A DNA stretch of 64,000 bases from Eledone cirrhosa (taxonomy: Eukaryota), in assembly GCA_964016885.1 (NCBI GenBank), contig OZ024741.1:237708001-237772000 (forward strand), in the 5' to 3' direction. Each line of letters begins with the position of its first letter. Positions within the stretch are counted from its first letter, which is position 1. The notes under the pieces are model-generated. The model ran no database searches, was not told where the DNA came from, and was given only the letters and a program-made list of their open reading frames with translations. A program made the position numbers and the translations under genes. Of this stretch, positions 62,121-64,000 are shown piece after piece.

Positions 62121-63154
62121 GAGTTTGCAGCCATCATGTATGTATGTATGTATGTATGAATGTGTGTGTGTGCGTACGCGTGTGTGCGTGTGTACGTGCA
62201 TGCGTGTATGTATCGCTCTCACTCTGATCGATCGACAAGATCCTCGATCTCATTCACTTGCCAAGTGGGGTGGACCTTGTCAAATCGGACCAAGGAAACA
62301 ATGTTTCCATTGGCCTTTCCATTGCTGAGAACTATCTACCCTTCGCAATTCCTGGTATCCTCGTAGAAGGAGCAATGTGAAATAAAGTGTCTTGCTCAAG
62401 GACACAACGTATCACCCAGTCCGAGAATTGAACTTGCAACACCCCGATTGTGAATCCAACTCTCTAACCACGTGCCTTCTACTGTATGTATGTACTTCCC
62501 TTATTCTTGCTTTTACTTGCAAACCCTAAAAATAATCTTGATCTCTTGACTCAAGGGAATCCCCACACAAAAATCCTCACACAAAAATGCCATATGGACC
62601 ATTATTATGAACTAGCAGAAAAACCACCCTTTGGGTGGTTTCCTGCTAGTTTTTGTGTATTATACGCAAATATATAAGTATGTAGATATGATACGTCAAA
62701 TAAAATTGTAATTGAGAATATGCACAGAAATTGAAGAAAGACTGTGTTATACTCTCTTCTGTAATCAGTAAAGTAATCCATGATACATTTCAAAAAGATG
62801 ATATCATATATAAACTGCATTATGGTGAAATGTAATGAAAACGAAAAAGGAGAAAATTAGCGACAGAAATATAAATGTTATCATATAACGATGCAAATAT
62901 ATGAATGTTTATATAAGCGATATAATATAGTGTGTTATATCATAACCGGAAGTATTGACATTTGAACATTTTAAAAGAAGTGAATTTTAAAATAAGCAAT
63001 CATTATATATAAGAATATTTATGTTTAATCAATAGCTACAAAATTTAGTACATAAATTATGTAATATTCATTCATTATTTATTCAAAGTAATCCAACTTA
63101 TTTGACTAACAGGATAAAAAATACATTCAGGATACAATCCTGCTCTCTTCCCTT

Positions 63155-63334
63155 TGCCAGTATCGGTAGAGGGTTGGACGCCATGCTTTACAGCATAGAG
63201 TTACACCCCTTTATTATCTGAGTTCAAATCCCGCTGAGGTTAACTTTGCCTTTCATCCTTACAGGATCGATAAAATAAAGTACCAGTAATACACTGGGAT
63301 AATTGTTGGCCTTGTGCCAAAAGTAGAAACAATT
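63155..63334 (+). mobile_element. tRNA-derived SINE
   Basis: cagtatcggtagaggg..gagttcaaatcc..gcctttcatcc..ggccttgtgccaaaagtagaaac. Confidence 0.9.
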
Positions 63335-63708
63335 ATATTATGATAGTAAAAGAATTTTCTATTTTAACCAAGTGAATTTAATTGAATCCTGACCTGTTGA
63401 GCCCCACTTCCCCCTTCACCACTCCACCTTCATAAAGAACATATATAGGAAGAAATTTTGATGGAAAATTCATATATGCTCTAACTACTCACAGAATATG
63501 AGAACAAGCTTTTTTAAATATTTGATAAGATTGATATACCAATTGAAACTGGTAATATTTTACAAAATTTAAATCCACTTAATGTAACAAATATAAAATT
63601 ATTCATTCTGTTGGATTAAACATTTTTTTAAAATATACCTGTGTGCTTTTTCACTTTTACTTTTTACCTATAACCTTTGATTTGAGTGGAACTTTACTCC
63701 CCCTTTTC

Positions 63709-63770
<62 letters not shown>

Positions 63771-64000
63771 ATGTATGTACTTCTGGTTTTATAGTTTTAT
63801 GAATTTTTACCAATAGAGAGAGAGTCGGTTTGTAACATAGACACAAGACTTTGGAATTTAGACAACACCAGCTAGGCAGATATGTATGCATGTCTGCATG
63901 CGTGCATGTGTGCGCAGGTATGGATGTTATTGTATGTGTGGATGTGTATGTTTTGAATTATATGTGTGCATGTTTTGTATCTGTACATATATACATACAG

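Overview
AT-rich, repeat-dense eukaryotic DNA. The gene and repeat content (single-large-exon protocadherin, C2H2 zinc-finger gene, abundant tRNA-derived SINEs, RTE LINEs with (GAT)n tails) suggests a coleoid cephalopod, probably an octopus; this is inference. Three host genes are visible: the last exon of a C2H2 zinc-finger gene (590-1275, +), a single-exon Fem-1-like ankyrin/VHL-box gene (15475-17106, +), and a protocadherin that can be rebuilt from three phase-compatible exons (40460-34354, -). The rest is mostly transposon remnants (RTE, Tx1/L1, R4/Dong, CR1, Gypsy, Penelope-like, Helitron, Tc1/mariner MITEs, SINEs) plus a 4.3 kb 23/29-bp minisatellite. Two signals stand out. First, a decayed parvovirus-like (Hamaparvovirinae-type) capsid gene at about 19870-20963 lies co-oriented between two Penelope-like GIY-YIG fragments and a hammerhead-bearing pLTR. 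Second, at least nine type I hammerhead ribozyme motifs from several distinct families are readable by eye. Four of them sit inside 250-300 bp fold-back units, and four are packed into 2 kb downstream of the zinc-finger gene. All calls are by inspection, with no database searches.
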